From Promethearchaeia archaeon (GTDB lineage: Archaea > Asgardarchaeota > Lokiarchaeia > Sigyniarchaeales > SOKP01), in assembly GCA_029856145.1 (NCBI GenBank), contig JAHQWK010000004.1:128001-192000 (forward strand): a stretch of 64,000 bases of DNA, in the 5' to 3' direction. Within the stretch, counting starts at the first letter, position 1. Every line of letters starts with the position of its first letter. Below the pieces are notes generated by a model. The model saw nothing but the letters and a program-made list of their open reading frames with translations, was not told where the DNA came from and did not search any database. Position numbers and translations under genes: made by a program. Below, piece by piece: positions 1 through 10,076 of the stretch.

Positions 1-430
1 TGGTTTTGGATTGAGCCAAATCTTACCCGTATTGGTTGAGGGTTTAAGAATGATTTCTGGTGAATTTTTAATTCTAGAACAACCAGAAATTCATTTACAT
101 CCTCGCTTGCAAGGAGATTTAGCTGACTTTATCCTTTGTAATGCCAAATTGGGAAAAAATTTTATGATTGAGACACATAGTGAACACTTTTTAAAGCGTT
201 TATGTTTAAGAATAGCACAATTTAAGGAAGAAGATATTTCAAAACTGATAAGTATATATTTTGTTGTTCCCAATGTTAATAAGCTAGGGACCAAAGTTGT
301 AGAGATAAAAATTGATGAATTTGGAAGAATTCTGAATTGGCCAAAAGGATTTTTAGATGGAAGTGAGGACGCTTTACTCTTAAGAGCAAGTATATTAAAA
401 GAGAAAATTAAAAAAGAAAAAGCAAACTAA
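1..430 (+). CDS. AAA/ABC-type ATPase, C-terminal part (DUF3696-like), truncated by the window edge
   Basis: GFGLSQILP, Walker B/D-loop LILEQPEIHLHP, H-loop ETHSEH and terminal 'IDEFGRILNWPKGFLD'. Confidence 0.85.
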   Translation, partial: GFGLSQILPVLVEGLRMISGEFLILEQPEIHLHPRLQGDLADFILCNAKLGKNFMIETHSEHFLKRLCLRIAQFKEEDISKLISIYFVVPNVNKLGTKVVEIKIDEFGRILNWPKGFLDGSEDALLLRASILKEKIKKEKAN

Positions 431-431
431 A

Positions 432-1385
432 ATGATTCCTGTTTATTACTTTATAGATCCAGCACTACTTGCCACCAAAAATATTACTGCTTACTTAACT
501 GAGAATTCGATTTGGAAATTAACATCTTTTTATATTAATTTTAAAGAAATTGAAGATATTCTACTAGTCGATGGCGATATAAAGAAGATTTTTAATTTTC
601 CAATAAAAAAAGATATCGTTGAAGATTGCTTAAATGAAGCTCCAAGTTGCGACCAAATGTTATCAAATGCATTTTGGAATACTTTCTTAATTATTTATAA
701 TAAATATTTAAAATATTGTAATAAAGATTACATTGAAGATCCTAGTAATATCTATAATAATCCTAATATTTCTGAGAAAATAAAGATAAAGTTTGATAAA
801 TTTTTAACAGGATGTATAAGAGGAAGAAATAATCTATGTGAATGTGAGAATATTCTCAATATTATACCAATTTATACATCAGAATATACTCATATTAAAG
901 ATCTACAATATATTATTCCATTTACTAATCCAAATAAGGTTAAAAATCATTTTCCTTTAATGAATGTTTATCCTTCTAAAATTGATGACATTGAAAGCAA
1001 AGTGAGAAAATTTCAATTCATACTTGATTTAAACTGTATTAAAGAAGATTCTCATCCTTCTGAGAGAGAACTTGATCCTATAAATCGAAATTATAACTTC
1101 TTACCACAGTTCTGGGAAAGTGAATTATTGTATGATAATGATAAAGTAATTAAGAAAAAAATAATTGAAGTTATGACTAAATTGATAATGAATCCCGATA
1201 GGAATATTAATAGAATGCACAGATTAAAGAATGAATATATAATAATTGACGGAAGAAGAAAAAATCTTGATCAAATAGATATATTTCAGACTTATAATCA
1301 TAAAGGTGTGACTTTTTATCCTCGTTTGAGATTTCGTATCTTTAATGGCATAATTTATTTTAATGATATTATTGATAGTCATTAA
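432..1385 (+). CDS. Hypothetical protein, possible C-terminal RelE/ParE-like domain
   Basis: 317-aa ORF starting 1 nt after the ATPase stop; C-terminus 'MHRLK...YPRLRFRIFNGIIYFNDIIDSH'. Confidence 0.55.
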   Translation: MIPVYYFIDPALLATKNITAYLTENSIWKLTSFYINFKEIEDILLVDGDIKKIFNFPIKKDIVEDCLNEAPSCDQMLSNAFWNTFLIIYNKYLKYCNKDYIEDPSNIYNNPNISEKIKIKFDKFLTGCIRGRNNLCECENILNIIPIYTSEYTHIKDLQYIIPFTNPNKVKNHFPLMNVYPSKIDDIESKVRKFQFILDLNCIKEDSHPSERELDPINRNYNFLPQFWESELLYDNDKVIKKKIIEVMTKLIMNPDRNINRMHRLKNEYIIIDGRRKNLDQIDIFQTYNHKGVTFYPRLRFRIFNGIIYFNDIIDSH

Positions 1386-1436
1386 TTAATTTTAAAGTAT
1401 TATTAATTCTAAAAAAAAAGAGTTAATGATTTTTTA

Positions 1437-2114
1437 TTATAACAAAGCAGTGAATAAAACCCCTAGAGTAATAAAGAGTTGAGCCATAATATAGGTAGTC
1501 ATAATGATTAGTCGTCCATTGGTTACCTCGGTATCCCATTTATTTACTGCTATTGTAGCATCAGAAAATATGAAAGAAATCGAACCAACGTAAACTAAAA
1601 TAAATGGTAATCCTTGAAATTCTGCTAATCTTAAAATTGCTACCACGTGCATTAAAAAAATCGCTACTAAGTATACCAACACAGGAATCTTCATATCCTC
1701 TGTTTTATTGATGAATCTTGGTACCATGAAAATCAACATTAAGATTGCTGGCCCTAATAAAAACAATCCCCACCTATCGAAATTCGTAATGTTAGATATA
1801 GATAAGAAGAATGATATAATATAAAAGATTTGGTTAACTAGGAAAGCAAGCATTCCAAATAAAAACCATTTTTCTTGATTCTTAAGCATTAAGAAAATAT
1901 CGCCAGCACAACCGCCTATTAATGCAACAACAATTAGCCAATCAACTCGAGCTATTGAAGCACCTTCGATTACCCCAAAAATATAAAACAAGATCAGCAA
2001 AGGCATCAAAAGTGGCTTAGTACAATATTCAAGTTTTTTATTGTCTTTATATTCACTAAACACTTCTACTATAACAATAATGAAGAATATAACTAAAAAG
2101 ATGTATTCAATCAT
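1437..2114 (-). CDS. YhhN/lysoplasmalogenase-family membrane protein
   Basis: TKPLLMP, GDIFL, FLFGMLAF, FIFSD and TYIMAQ motifs; multiple TM helices. Confidence 0.9.
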   Translation of the reverse strand: MIEYIFLVIFFIIVIVEVFSEYKDNKKLEYCTKPLLMPLLILFYIFGVIEGASIARVDWLIVVALIGGCAGDIFLMLKNQEKWFLFGMLAFLVNQIFYIISFFLSISNITNFDRWGLFLLGPAILMLIFMVPRFINKTEDMKIPVLVYLVAIFLMHVVAILRLAEFQGLPFILVYVGSISFIFSDATIAVNKWDTEVTNGRLIIMTTYIMAQLFITLGVLFTALL

Positions 2115-2492
2115 AGTTTTTCACTAAAGAGACGTGTAATGTAGTGATATTCTATTAATTAAAACAAGTTTATATAATTTTAGAATAAGCATTTACAGAT
2201 TTGTTATTTGTTTGAAATAAAGGAATTATTCAATATAAGATAAAGATAGATAGAGATTCTTATCAAAAGATTTATATAGGAAAAAACAATATTTGTTCTA
2301 TATCGAACTATTCGATCTCGAACAAAAAATCTTTTTAAAAAAGGAATTGAACATGGACACGATGTCTGTTTTTTTTGGAATTGATGAAATACAGCGTTTA
2401 AAATACTCATTACATAATAAAAAAGAGGAATCTAAAAAAACAGACGTTATTGAAATGTTAAATTCTAATTTATATAATGAGTGTGAAAAAAA

Positions 2493-3062
2493 ATAAATAA
2501 AATTAAAACAGGATGGAAATTCCCATTAATGCCTCTCCCAATAGCCTTATTAGGTGCTCATGTTAATGGTAAACCAAACTTCAAAACTGTTGTGTGGTTT
2601 AACATGATCCATGATGACCCACCCCTAATTGGCGTTGCAGTGTCAAAAAAGCACTACACTACCCCCGGCATTAAGGAAAATAAAACATTTAGCATCAATA
2701 TTCCGACTAGTGATATGTATGTTGTAACAGATTATTGTGGTCTTCATTCAGGTTCAGAAGTTGACAAATCTAAGGAGTTCGATCTATTTTATGGGGATCT
2801 AAAAACAGCTCCAATGATTTTGGAATGTAGTATAAACATCGAGTGTAAACTTGTAGACATTAAAGATTTCAAGAATACTGAATTACTTATAGGAGAGATC
2901 ATTGAAATTTATTCAGATGAAAAATACATTAAAGATAAAGAGCCAGATGTGAAGAATTTTGATTCATTTATATTTTTAATGCCAAGTGGGCCTTACCGGA
3001 AAATGGGGGACTATTTAGCTGAAGCTTATGAAGTAGGAACAAGTTATAAACCTAAAAATTAA
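2493..3062 (+). CDS. Flavin reductase-like (flavoredoxin) protein; first ATG at 2529, frame open from 2487
   Basis: PLPIALLG, GKPN, PPLI, FSINIP, DYCGLHSG and APMILEC motifs; start position uncertain. Confidence 0.85.
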   Translation: MNKIKTGWKFPLMPLPIALLGAHVNGKPNFKTVVWFNMIHDDPPLIGVAVSKKHYTTPGIKENKTFSINIPTSDMYVVTDYCGLHSGSEVDKSKEFDLFYGDLKTAPMILECSINIECKLVDIKDFKNTELLIGEIIEIYSDEKYIKDKEPDVKNFDSFIFLMPSGPYRKMGDYLAEAYEVGTSYKPKN

Positions 3063-3119
3063 AATATTTTTTTGAATTTAAAATTGAATTATACTAAAAA
3101 TAAAATGTGAAATAATAAG

Positions 3120-3458
3120 ATGGAGAAAATAATAGCTTATTGTGGAATTTGTTGCTCTGAATGTCCAGCATATATGGCAACACAAAAGGATGATCGTGAA
3201 GAAATCAAAAAAGTCGCAAAAGAATGGTCAAGTGAAGCAATGTCGTTTAACCCTGAGGATATTTATTGTGATGGATGTGTTTCAGAAGGAAAGCATTTTA
3301 GTTGGTGTAGTGAGTGTCCTATAAGGAGTTGTTGCCAAGAGAAGGGATTAGAAAATTGCGCTTACTGTGATGATTATTTCTGTGATAACTTAAAGATGAC
3401 TTTCGATAAGACTCCTTCAGCTAAGGAAAGATTAGACAAAATTAGGGAAAAAAGATAA
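3120..3458 (+). CDS. DUF3795-like Cys-rich protein
   Basis: AYCGICCSECPAY...CDGC...CSECPIRSCC...NCAYC. Confidence 0.85.
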   Translation: MEKIIAYCGICCSECPAYMATQKDDREEIKKVAKEWSSEAMSFNPEDIYCDGCVSEGKHFSWCSECPIRSCCQEKGLENCAYCDDYFCDNLKMTFDKTPSAKERLDKIREKR

Positions 3459-3493
3459 GAAAAAATAATACTAAATGTAGAGAGGTATTTAAA

Positions 3494-3961
3494 ATGGAAT
3501 TAGAAGAAGCAAAAAGATCAAGTTTAGAGTTAATGGAGACCGCTAAAGCAGCGTATTTAACAACTATTAACATTGATGGATATCCCATAACAAGAGCGAT
3601 GTTTAATCTAAGAAATAAGGAACAATTTCCAGAATTTTCTGAGATTTTCGCTGGTTTAGGCAATAAATTCGAGATATATATCTCAACAAACACATCATCA
3701 TCTAAAACTGATCATATTAAGAAGAATCCTAAAATTTCTGTATATTACTGCGACCCTGAAGATTTCAAGGGAGTCATGTTTGGAGGTGAAGTAGAAGTGA
3801 TTAATGATATGAATATAAAGAAGAAAATATGGTTAGATTGGTGGACAAAATATTACTTAAAAGGTCTAGAGGATCCAGACTACACTTTACTCCGATTAAA
3901 ACCAAAAATGGCACAATTTTATTATAGATTACAAAAGGTCCAATTTGAACCATGTGAATAA
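3494..3961 (+). CDS. Pyridoxamine 5'-phosphate oxidase-like (general stress protein type) FMN-binding protein
   Basis: LTTINIDGYPITRAM, STNTSSSK...NPKISVYY, GLEDPDY. Confidence 0.85.
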   Translation: MELEEAKRSSLELMETAKAAYLTTINIDGYPITRAMFNLRNKEQFPEFSEIFAGLGNKFEIYISTNTSSSKTDHIKKNPKISVYYCDPEDFKGVMFGGEVEVINDMNIKKKIWLDWWTKYYLKGLEDPDYTLLRLKPKMAQFYYRLQKVQFEPCE

Positions 3962-3963
3962 TA

Positions 3964-4416
3964 ATGGAAAAGTTGAGGGAAGGAGGTTTTTTAATAACAA
4001 AGGTTCGTCAGCTTTCACAACGAATTTTTGACAAATTGTTAAAAGAACATAAAATTGATGAAATTAGTGCTGCTCAAGGTAGAGTAATGTTCCCACTTTG
4101 GCGTCAAGACAATGTTTCCTTCCAAGATCTTAAAAAAGAGACGATGCTGAGTAAAGCGACTCTATCATATATGCTAGACAACCTTGAAGAAGCCGGACAT
4201 ATAAAGCGAATACGTTCTGAAGATGATAAGCGAACTATATTTATAAAATTAACAAAAAGAAATAAAGAACTACAGGATAAATATCTTCAGGTATCGAATG
4301 AAATGAAAGATTTATATTATAAAGGGTTTTCAGAAAAGGAAATTGATGAGTTTGAAAGCTATTTAAGGCTACTTTTAGATAATCTTACAGACTATGGTGA
4401 AAAAAATAAGAAATAA
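3964..4416 (+). CDS. MarR-family transcriptional regulator
   Basis: SKATLSYMLDNLEEAGHIKR..SEDDKR wing motif. Confidence 0.9.
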   Translation: MEKLREGGFLITKVRQLSQRIFDKLLKEHKIDEISAAQGRVMFPLWRQDNVSFQDLKKETMLSKATLSYMLDNLEEAGHIKRIRSEDDKRTIFIKLTKRNKELQDKYLQVSNEMKDLYYKGFSEKEIDEFESYLRLLLDNLTDYGEKNKK

Positions 4417-4482
4417 AAAATCTAATTTAGTAATTTCTTTTTATTATTTTTACATTTTTTTTTTCAAAAAAAGAGAGTTTTC

Positions 4483-5376
4483 TTAATCATCACTATCTTT
4501 AACGCTTTTTGGTAGATGAATTTTTATTTTAGGAATAAGAATTTTTGGAACTTGAATTTTTGGCATTGTTATCTGAAAACTAGCATTTTCATTATCAACA
4601 GATTTTTGAAGTTTATCTTCTCTGACATTTGTAATCTTTGTCTCTTCTATTAACAGAGAATCGTTCTCTTCTTTAAGATCTAATTCTTCTACTTCAATTT
4701 CATCAGCTAATTCAATCAATGCTTCTTTATCATTATTTTCTTCGAGAAATTTGGATAATTGTTGGTTTTTTTCATATAATAATCCTTTATAAATCTTTAA
4801 ATGATTTTTATGGATCAAAAAATCTCTAAAATTCTCAGATTTAAAAATCCAACCAGTTTGAGTATCATATAACATTCCAGTGATTTCTATATCCGGAAAG
4901 ATAGCTTTAATTTTATGTAAATTATTAATCTGCTCTATTATATTACGGATTTCATTATCAAAAGGTTTAAAAAAATTTCTTAATTCTAAAAGAAGATCTG
5001 AATAATTTCTTGATAATCTTTTAAGAAATTCATTAGGAAGTTCTTCTCTTAACTTTTTTAGATTCATCTTCGTCATATCACATTCTAAGTGTCCTAAAAC
5101 AACAATGTATTTAATTTTATATTTATGAATTGCAATTAAAATAGATCTCATCATGTCTAGAGTGTATACATTTCCAGCATTTCTTAAGATGAATACATCT
5201 CCAGGATCAAGTTGGAATATTCGACGGACATCTATCCTTGGGTCCATGCAAGTAAGAAATAGTATAGGATATTTAGGAATTTTTTTTTCAAATGAATATT
5301 TTTCTGGATTTTGAATAATTTTGCTTTGAAACTGGAAGTTTCCTTCAATCAACAATTTTTCAATATCTTTTAACAT
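4483..5376 (-). CDS. Beta-class carbonic anhydrase with acidic and PKI-repeat tail
   Basis: TCMDPR, RNAGN and GHLEC (HxxC) zinc ligands. Confidence 0.85.
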   Translation of the reverse strand: MLKDIEKLLIEGNFQFQSKIIQNPEKYSFEKKIPKYPILFLTCMDPRIDVRRIFQLDPGDVFILRNAGNVYTLDMMRSILIAIHKYKIKYIVVLGHLECDMTKMNLKKLREELPNEFLKRLSRNYSDLLLELRNFFKPFDNEIRNIIEQINNLHKIKAIFPDIEITGMLYDTQTGWIFKSENFRDFLIHKNHLKIYKGLLYEKNQQLSKFLEENNDKEALIELADEIEVEELDLKEENDSLLIEETKITNVREDKLQKSVDNENASFQITMPKIQVPKILIPKIKIHLPKSVKDSDD

Positions 5377-5464
5377 TTAAACACACCCATTTTATATCTT
5401 CAATTGGAGCAAACTCCAATTTAATTTGTAACTTTAATATTTGAAAAAAAAAAAAAAATTGAAA

Positions 5465-6634
5465 TTATTTCTTTACTAAAATTTCTTTTATTTTTTTTGC
5501 TCCTCCATTGTTAAAAAAATCCTTGATTTTATCTGAATACTCCGGTAGTAGTTGCAGGAATGGCATTATTGCTCTTGAGAGTGAACTGAATGCTTCATTT
5601 CCATCTCCCATAATAAACATTTTGTCCGGACTAAGATGCTTAAATATCTCTGGAAGTATATTAGTTAATTGAACTGCTAAGAATCTTTCATCAGCACTAC
5701 CCATTGCTTCTACTTGCTTCTTAAAACCTTCAGCTTGAGCAAGCATTTGCTGTTTGATATTTTCAGCTTCACCTTCCGCTTGGGCTATTAATTTCCGCTT
5801 AATTTGTTGAGCATCAGCGTCAGCTTCAATAATCTTTTTCTGTCTATCGCCATCCGCTTCAATTTTTTTACGTTCTCTCTCTTGTTCTGCTATAGCAATT
5901 TCTTTATCTTTTCTTCGTAGCTCTATTTCTCTTTCTACGAATTGTTCTTGCGTACCAATCTCATTCTTCACTTCTAATTCTCTTGTTTTTGATTCTCTTT
6001 CAGCCTCCGCTTTAGCAATTCTAGCTTTTCTAAATTCTTCTGCTTGTTTAGTCGCTTCCATATTTTTCTTTAGCTCCGGTTCTACAATAATTACTTCTAT
6101 AATTTCTAAAGACTCGATGACTATTCCCCAATCCGCTGTCAATTCATGTAAATCTTTCTCAATATGATCAATTATCTCTCTCCTTTCTCGAATAATTTTT
6201 TCCAATGGCATATTAGCACAAGTTGTTCGGATAATTGCTTCTGCTGCGCCTTTTAATATTTTTTCAACATAGTTTTCATCTCTCATATTCCACGAAACCG
6301 CACTAAAAGCTTTTTCTGGATCAATAACTTTCCAAATCAATAACCCTTCAATTTCAATGTTTTGGTACTCACTTGATACTACTTGTTCATGTGCTTCTAC
6401 TAATGTTTGAATACTAGTCGTTGGGATTACAATGTATTCATCAATTAAAGGAAGCAAAAACAAACTTCCGCCTAACCCTGAATGTTTGACTTTCCCATTT
6501 CGTAAGTGTATAACAAATTGGTTTGTTTTGAATTTTCTATAACGAGCGGCAAGAAATATTACGAATAGGAAAATAATAATACCTATAGTAACTCCAAGTC
6601 CTACAAACCAAGGATTTAATTCTTGAAATATCAC
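5465..6634 (-). CDS. SPFH/flotillin-family protein
   Basis: N-terminal TM, SPFH domain, AEA/EAD-rich coiled coil. Confidence 0.9.
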   Translation of the reverse strand: MIFQELNPWFVGLGVTIGIIIFLFVIFLAARYRKFKTNQFVIHLRNGKVKHSGLGGSLFLLPLIDEYIVIPTTSIQTLVEAHEQVVSSEYQNIEIEGLLIWKVIDPEKAFSAVSWNMRDENYVEKILKGAAEAIIRTTCANMPLEKIIRERREIIDHIEKDLHELTADWGIVIESLEIIEVIIVEPELKKNMEATKQAEEFRKARIAKAEAERESKTRELEVKNEIGTQEQFVEREIELRRKDKEIAIAEQERERKKIEADGDRQKKIIEADADAQQIKRKLIAQAEGEAENIKQQMLAQAEGFKKQVEAMGSADERFLAVQLTNILPEIFKHLSPDKMFIMGDGNEAFSSLSRAIMPFLQLLPEYSDKIKDFFNNGGAKKIKEILVKK

Positions 6635-6743
6635 TTTTTTTATCTAAACCTCCTTTTCTTATTTTTAATAAATTATTTCTTTCCAATTTTTAGTAGATTT
6701 TTCAAATGAAAAAATAAAATTTATGTTAATCTTATACTTACCC

Positions 6744-6971
6744 TCATGAATTTTGTATAAATACAACTATAACCACAGGAAACACCATAAATAGAAGTAT
6801 TAATGAAAGACAAACCAAAAAAATGAGCATTAATCTATATTTACGTTTAATTCTTCCAAAGAATCTTTTTTGATCTTGCTCAATCTCTCCTATTTCTAAG
6901 GTTGATTTATCATTTTCTTTTGGATCTTTAGACTTTATAATCTTTTCATCAATTTCTTCTTTACCACTCAT
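6744..6971 (-). CDS. Small C-terminally anchored membrane protein
   Basis: Charged N-terminus plus one hydrophobic helix, inside the flotillin operon. Confidence 0.6.
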   Translation of the reverse strand: MSGKEEIDEKIIKSKDPKENDKSTLEIGEIEQDQKRFFGRIKRKYRLMLIFLVCLSLILLFMVFPVVIVVFIQNS

Positions 6972-6978
6972 ATTTTTT

Positions 6979-7833
6979 CTAGCTCCTTCTTTTTACTGAT
7001 TTTTTTTTATTATCAACTAACAAAACACCATTTTTTACATTACAGATATACACTTTATCACCTCTCTCGAATTGAGATGTCTCAAAGATAGGTTTAACAT
7101 GTATTCTTTCAAATCTCATAGGCGTTGATGAGGGTATTTTAATAACTCCTCCTCTATCATCAACATCTAATACTACTTCCCCTTGAATCCCAATCAAATT
7201 TTGCGTAGAAGAAATTCTGTAAAATCTAGATTTTGCTATAATTTTCCAGGCGAAATTAATAAATTTTGTAGTTAAATATGCTGCAGAAGGAGCAATAAAA
7301 AGTATAATAAATCGCAAAGTACCTACAATGAGTTGAAATAATAATAATCCTGAAATCCCAAAAATTAAAAAGGCGGAGGAGAATAGAAGCATGATTGGAG
7401 CAGGAGTGATTGTGGAAATTAGATCTATATCAACATCAGTATCTACATCTACATCAATATCAACATCAGCATCTACATCTACATCAATATCAACATCAGC
7501 ATCTACATCAATATCAACATCAGTATCTACATCTATATCAACATCAGAATCTACATCTATATCAACATCAGCATCTAGTTCTCCAGCTGCAGTAATGTTT
7601 GATTCCATTTGAGCTAGGAATGTTGATATTATTGATAATAATAACCCTCCAATAAATAACCCTAAACAAACGCTAAAAAAGATATCATAAAACTGATTGA
7701 AAGATAATCCTATAAATGAAAATATTAATCCTAAGAAAATAATTAAGAAAATGGCTATATTATCTTTTTTTTTCCATTGAATCTTATATAATTTATTTAT
7801 CGCCCTTATTTTCCTCATGATTGAATTAATCAA
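6979..7833 (-). CDS. NfeD/YqiJ-like flotillin partner with acidic (D-V/I)n loop
   Basis: TM helices, C-terminal OB fold 'LIGIQGEV...RGDKVYI', upstream of flotillin. Confidence 0.8.
   Translation of the reverse strand: MINSIMRKIRAINKLYKIQWKKKDNIAIFLIIFLGLIFSFIGLSFNQFYDIFFSVCLGLFIGGLLLSIISTFLAQMESNITAAGELDADVDIDVDSDVDIDVDTDVDIDVDADVDIDVDVDADVDIDVDVDTDVDIDLISTITPAPIMLLFSSAFLIFGISGLLLFQLIVGTLRFIILFIAPSAAYLTTKFINFAWKIIAKSRFYRISSTQNLIGIQGEVVLDVDDRGGVIKIPSSTPMRFERIHVKPIFETSQFERGDKVYICNVKNGVLLVDNKKKSVKRRS
7425..7578 (-). repeat. Coding tandem repeat encoding DVDIDVDA/T
   Basis: Repeated ATCTACATCAATATCAACATCAGC-like units on the plus strand. Confidence 0.85.
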
Positions 7834-7877
7834 TCCTCTCTTCCCTAGTTAAATTAACTTGAAAAAAAAATGTAATA

Positions 7878-8354
7878 TTATAGTTTTATTCCACACATAT
7901 GGCAAAAAACCGCATCCCTATCGATTTTTGAACCACAATATCTACAATAATTAATATCTGTAATTATAGGTATTTCTCGTTTAAGCTCTTTATTTATTGG
8001 TTCTTCTGGTTGCTTTGGAATTGAATCTCGGATTATATAAGGATTTGATTGTAAGGTTTGCCTTTGAGGTTGATATTGATATGATTTCATATATTCTTCT
8101 TTAGGTTTTTTCTTGTAAGCCGTACTCATAGATGCTGCAATAACACCAATCACTACAATAATTATTAAAAAAACACCGAAACCACTAATCATTACAAATA
8201 TCGGTGGTGTCAATCCATCAAAGCGATTAAAAAATACGAAAAACAGTAATCCAAATACAAATAACATTATTACAGCTGCAAATATTGCCCCAGCTGGTCT
8301 ATTTCTATAACCCCTATTCCGCCTATTTGGAACAACAATAGGAACCCAAGCCAA
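7878..8354 (-). CDS. Membrane protein with C-terminal zinc ribbon
   Basis: Two TM helices; CRYCG...FCHMCG. Confidence 0.8.
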   Translation of the reverse strand: MAWVPIVVPNRRNRGYRNRPAGAIFAAVIMLFVFGLLFFVFFNRFDGLTPPIFVMISGFGVFLIIIVVIGVIAASMSTAYKKKPKEEYMKSYQYQPQRQTLQSNPYIIRDSIPKQPEEPINKELKREIPIITDINYCRYCGSKIDRDAVFCHMCGIKL

Positions 8355-8374
8355 TTTTTTTTAACACACCTTAT

Positions 8375-8411
8375 TATATTTATTTATATTTATTTATATT
8401 TATTTATATTT
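8375..8411. repeat. 10-bp tandem repeat (TATTTATATT) x3+ in a divergent intergenic region
   Basis: Directly visible. Confidence 0.7.
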
Positions 8412-8699
8412 CCAATATTTATGTATATACCTATATATTTAAATGTTATGGTATTATTCAAATTTTATCTAAAAAACAGGAAACCTTTAAATCTGTGTAT
8501 TGAGATATATATATTAATATATATAAATAAATAGAAGATTAAAAATAAATAAGTATTTTTGAAGTATATAATTCTATATATACATTATAACTATCTAAAA
8601 AGCCTGTTATTCTTTTTCATGAATAAAATTAAACTTTATTAATATAAAGATATATATTCAAATTGATGCGCTATAAAAAATTAGCTAAGAATAAAGGAG

Positions 8700-9455
8700 T
8701 TGATTCTAATGGTTAAAAATAACGACAAAAAAAATAACTCTCATAATAATGATATTAAGGAACATGAACATAAGGATAAACCAATATATGTAAAAGTTAG
8801 TGATGAAACTAGGAATCTAATTGATAAATATAAGGAAAAAGGGACAACGATTTCAGATCTAGTAAGAAATGCTGTTAAGTGTTATGACGATTTTAATTCA
8901 ATCTCGCCTGAAATGCATGCAACTATCGAAAAATTTAAAGAAGTAGATGAACGAGATATTTCATTTATTGAACATGCGATTAAATACTATGGAGACCAAA
9001 AGGTTTTAGATAGAGATTTGTGGTTACGGGCGAGAGATGAGATGAAGATGATGCTCATAGGAAAAACAACCTTCAATCAATTGATCGCCGCTGCAGAAGC
9101 TCCAAAAGAAAGTTTAGAAAAACCTTGGAGAAAAAATGTAGCAATCGATTTAATATTATGGTATAATGATTCAAAACCACTCAAAAGTTTATCCATGGAA
9201 GAAATTATAAATACAGTTCAAAAGATGTGGGTTGTCGCAAATTATTTTCATACTATTGATGTAAAAAAAGAAAGTGCAGATTTGTTCTATTTACTTTTTA
9301 GACATCGGCAAAATAAACGATATGGTATTTATTGGCTCGGATACTTTACAGAATTATTCACATCAGAAGAATTGCCTTTTAAATGTGAAGTTGAGGGTCA
9401 AGCCTTCGATGAGTCCCTTTCAATGACAATTAAAATAGGATATAAAAAAGATTAA
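8700..9455 (+). CDS. Ribbon-helix-helix-like regulator with a C-terminal putative sensor domain
   Basis: PIYVKVSDETRNLIDKY...TISDLVRNAV RHH pattern. Confidence 0.6.
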   Translation: MILMVKNNDKKNNSHNNDIKEHEHKDKPIYVKVSDETRNLIDKYKEKGTTISDLVRNAVKCYDDFNSISPEMHATIEKFKEVDERDISFIEHAIKYYGDQKVLDRDLWLRARDEMKMMLIGKTTFNQLIAAAEAPKESLEKPWRKNVAIDLILWYNDSKPLKSLSMEEIINTVQKMWVVANYFHTIDVKKESADLFYLLFRHRQNKRYGIYWLGYFTELFTSEELPFKCEVEGQAFDESLSMTIKIGYKKD

Positions 9456-9472
9456 TTTAAAAGAGTTTGCTT

Positions 9473-10045
9473 TTAATCTGGAGTAAATTGATTTTTTAAT
9501 TCTTCTTTTTCTCCCTGATTTTCATACAAATTATACCAATCCCAAATTTTTAGAGCAAAATCCGAGAATGCATAACCCTTAGCTGTAATAATATTACCAT
9601 CTTGAATAACTCTTGTTTCTACATAAGTCTCCCTTGGAAAAGGATCTTTCTCATTTATCTCTTCATATGATTGGGGTTCTTTAGTTGTTGTATATTTTTT
9701 ACCATTTAATACACCACTTTTAGCAAGAAATTCAGGTCCCGCACAAATTGCTGCTAGCAATTTTTTCTTTGCATTTAATCGACTAATTAAATCATTTAAT
9801 TCAGGTTTAAAAATTCTAGTTCCTCCTCCAGGAATAATTAAACCTTCAATATCTTTTATATCAGATATTTCTGAAACTTTGCAGTCTGGTATAATTTTTA
9901 ATCCGCCGGAGCTATAAATTAATTCATTATTATACGCTATATAAATAATTTTGTAATTATCATCTTCATTTATAACGGAACAAGTAAGGACTGTTTCAAA
10001 ATCAGCAAATCCATCATAAATAAAACATAAAACTTTTTTTATCAT
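9473..10045 (-). CDS. DJ-1/PfpI-family protein (start corrected to MIKKVLC)
   Basis: GFADFE, LIIPGG, AAICAGP catalytic Cys, DGNIITA. Confidence 0.9.
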   Translation of the reverse strand: MIKKVLCFIYDGFADFETVLTCSVINEDDNYKIIYIAYNNELIYSSGGLKIIPDCKVSEISDIKDIEGLIIPGGGTRIFKPELNDLISRLNAKKKLLAAICAGPEFLAKSGVLNGKKYTTTKEPQSYEEINEKDPFPRETYVETRVIQDGNIITAKGYAFSDFALKIWDWYNLYENQGEKEELKNQFTPD

Positions 10046-10076
10046 ATTATCTCTAAATTTTATTTTTTGGTTAAAT

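Noticed and set aside
2204-2496. Two short overlapping ORFs in a divergent spacer
   Set aside because: No recognisable motif or RBS; cannot be supported
7425-7578. Repeat array as possible CRISPR
   Set aside because: No unique spacers, in-frame coding, no cas genes
7391-7612. Plus-strand STSIST and HQYQH repeat ORFs
   Set aside because: Antisense shadows of the DVDID repeat in the real minus-strand gene
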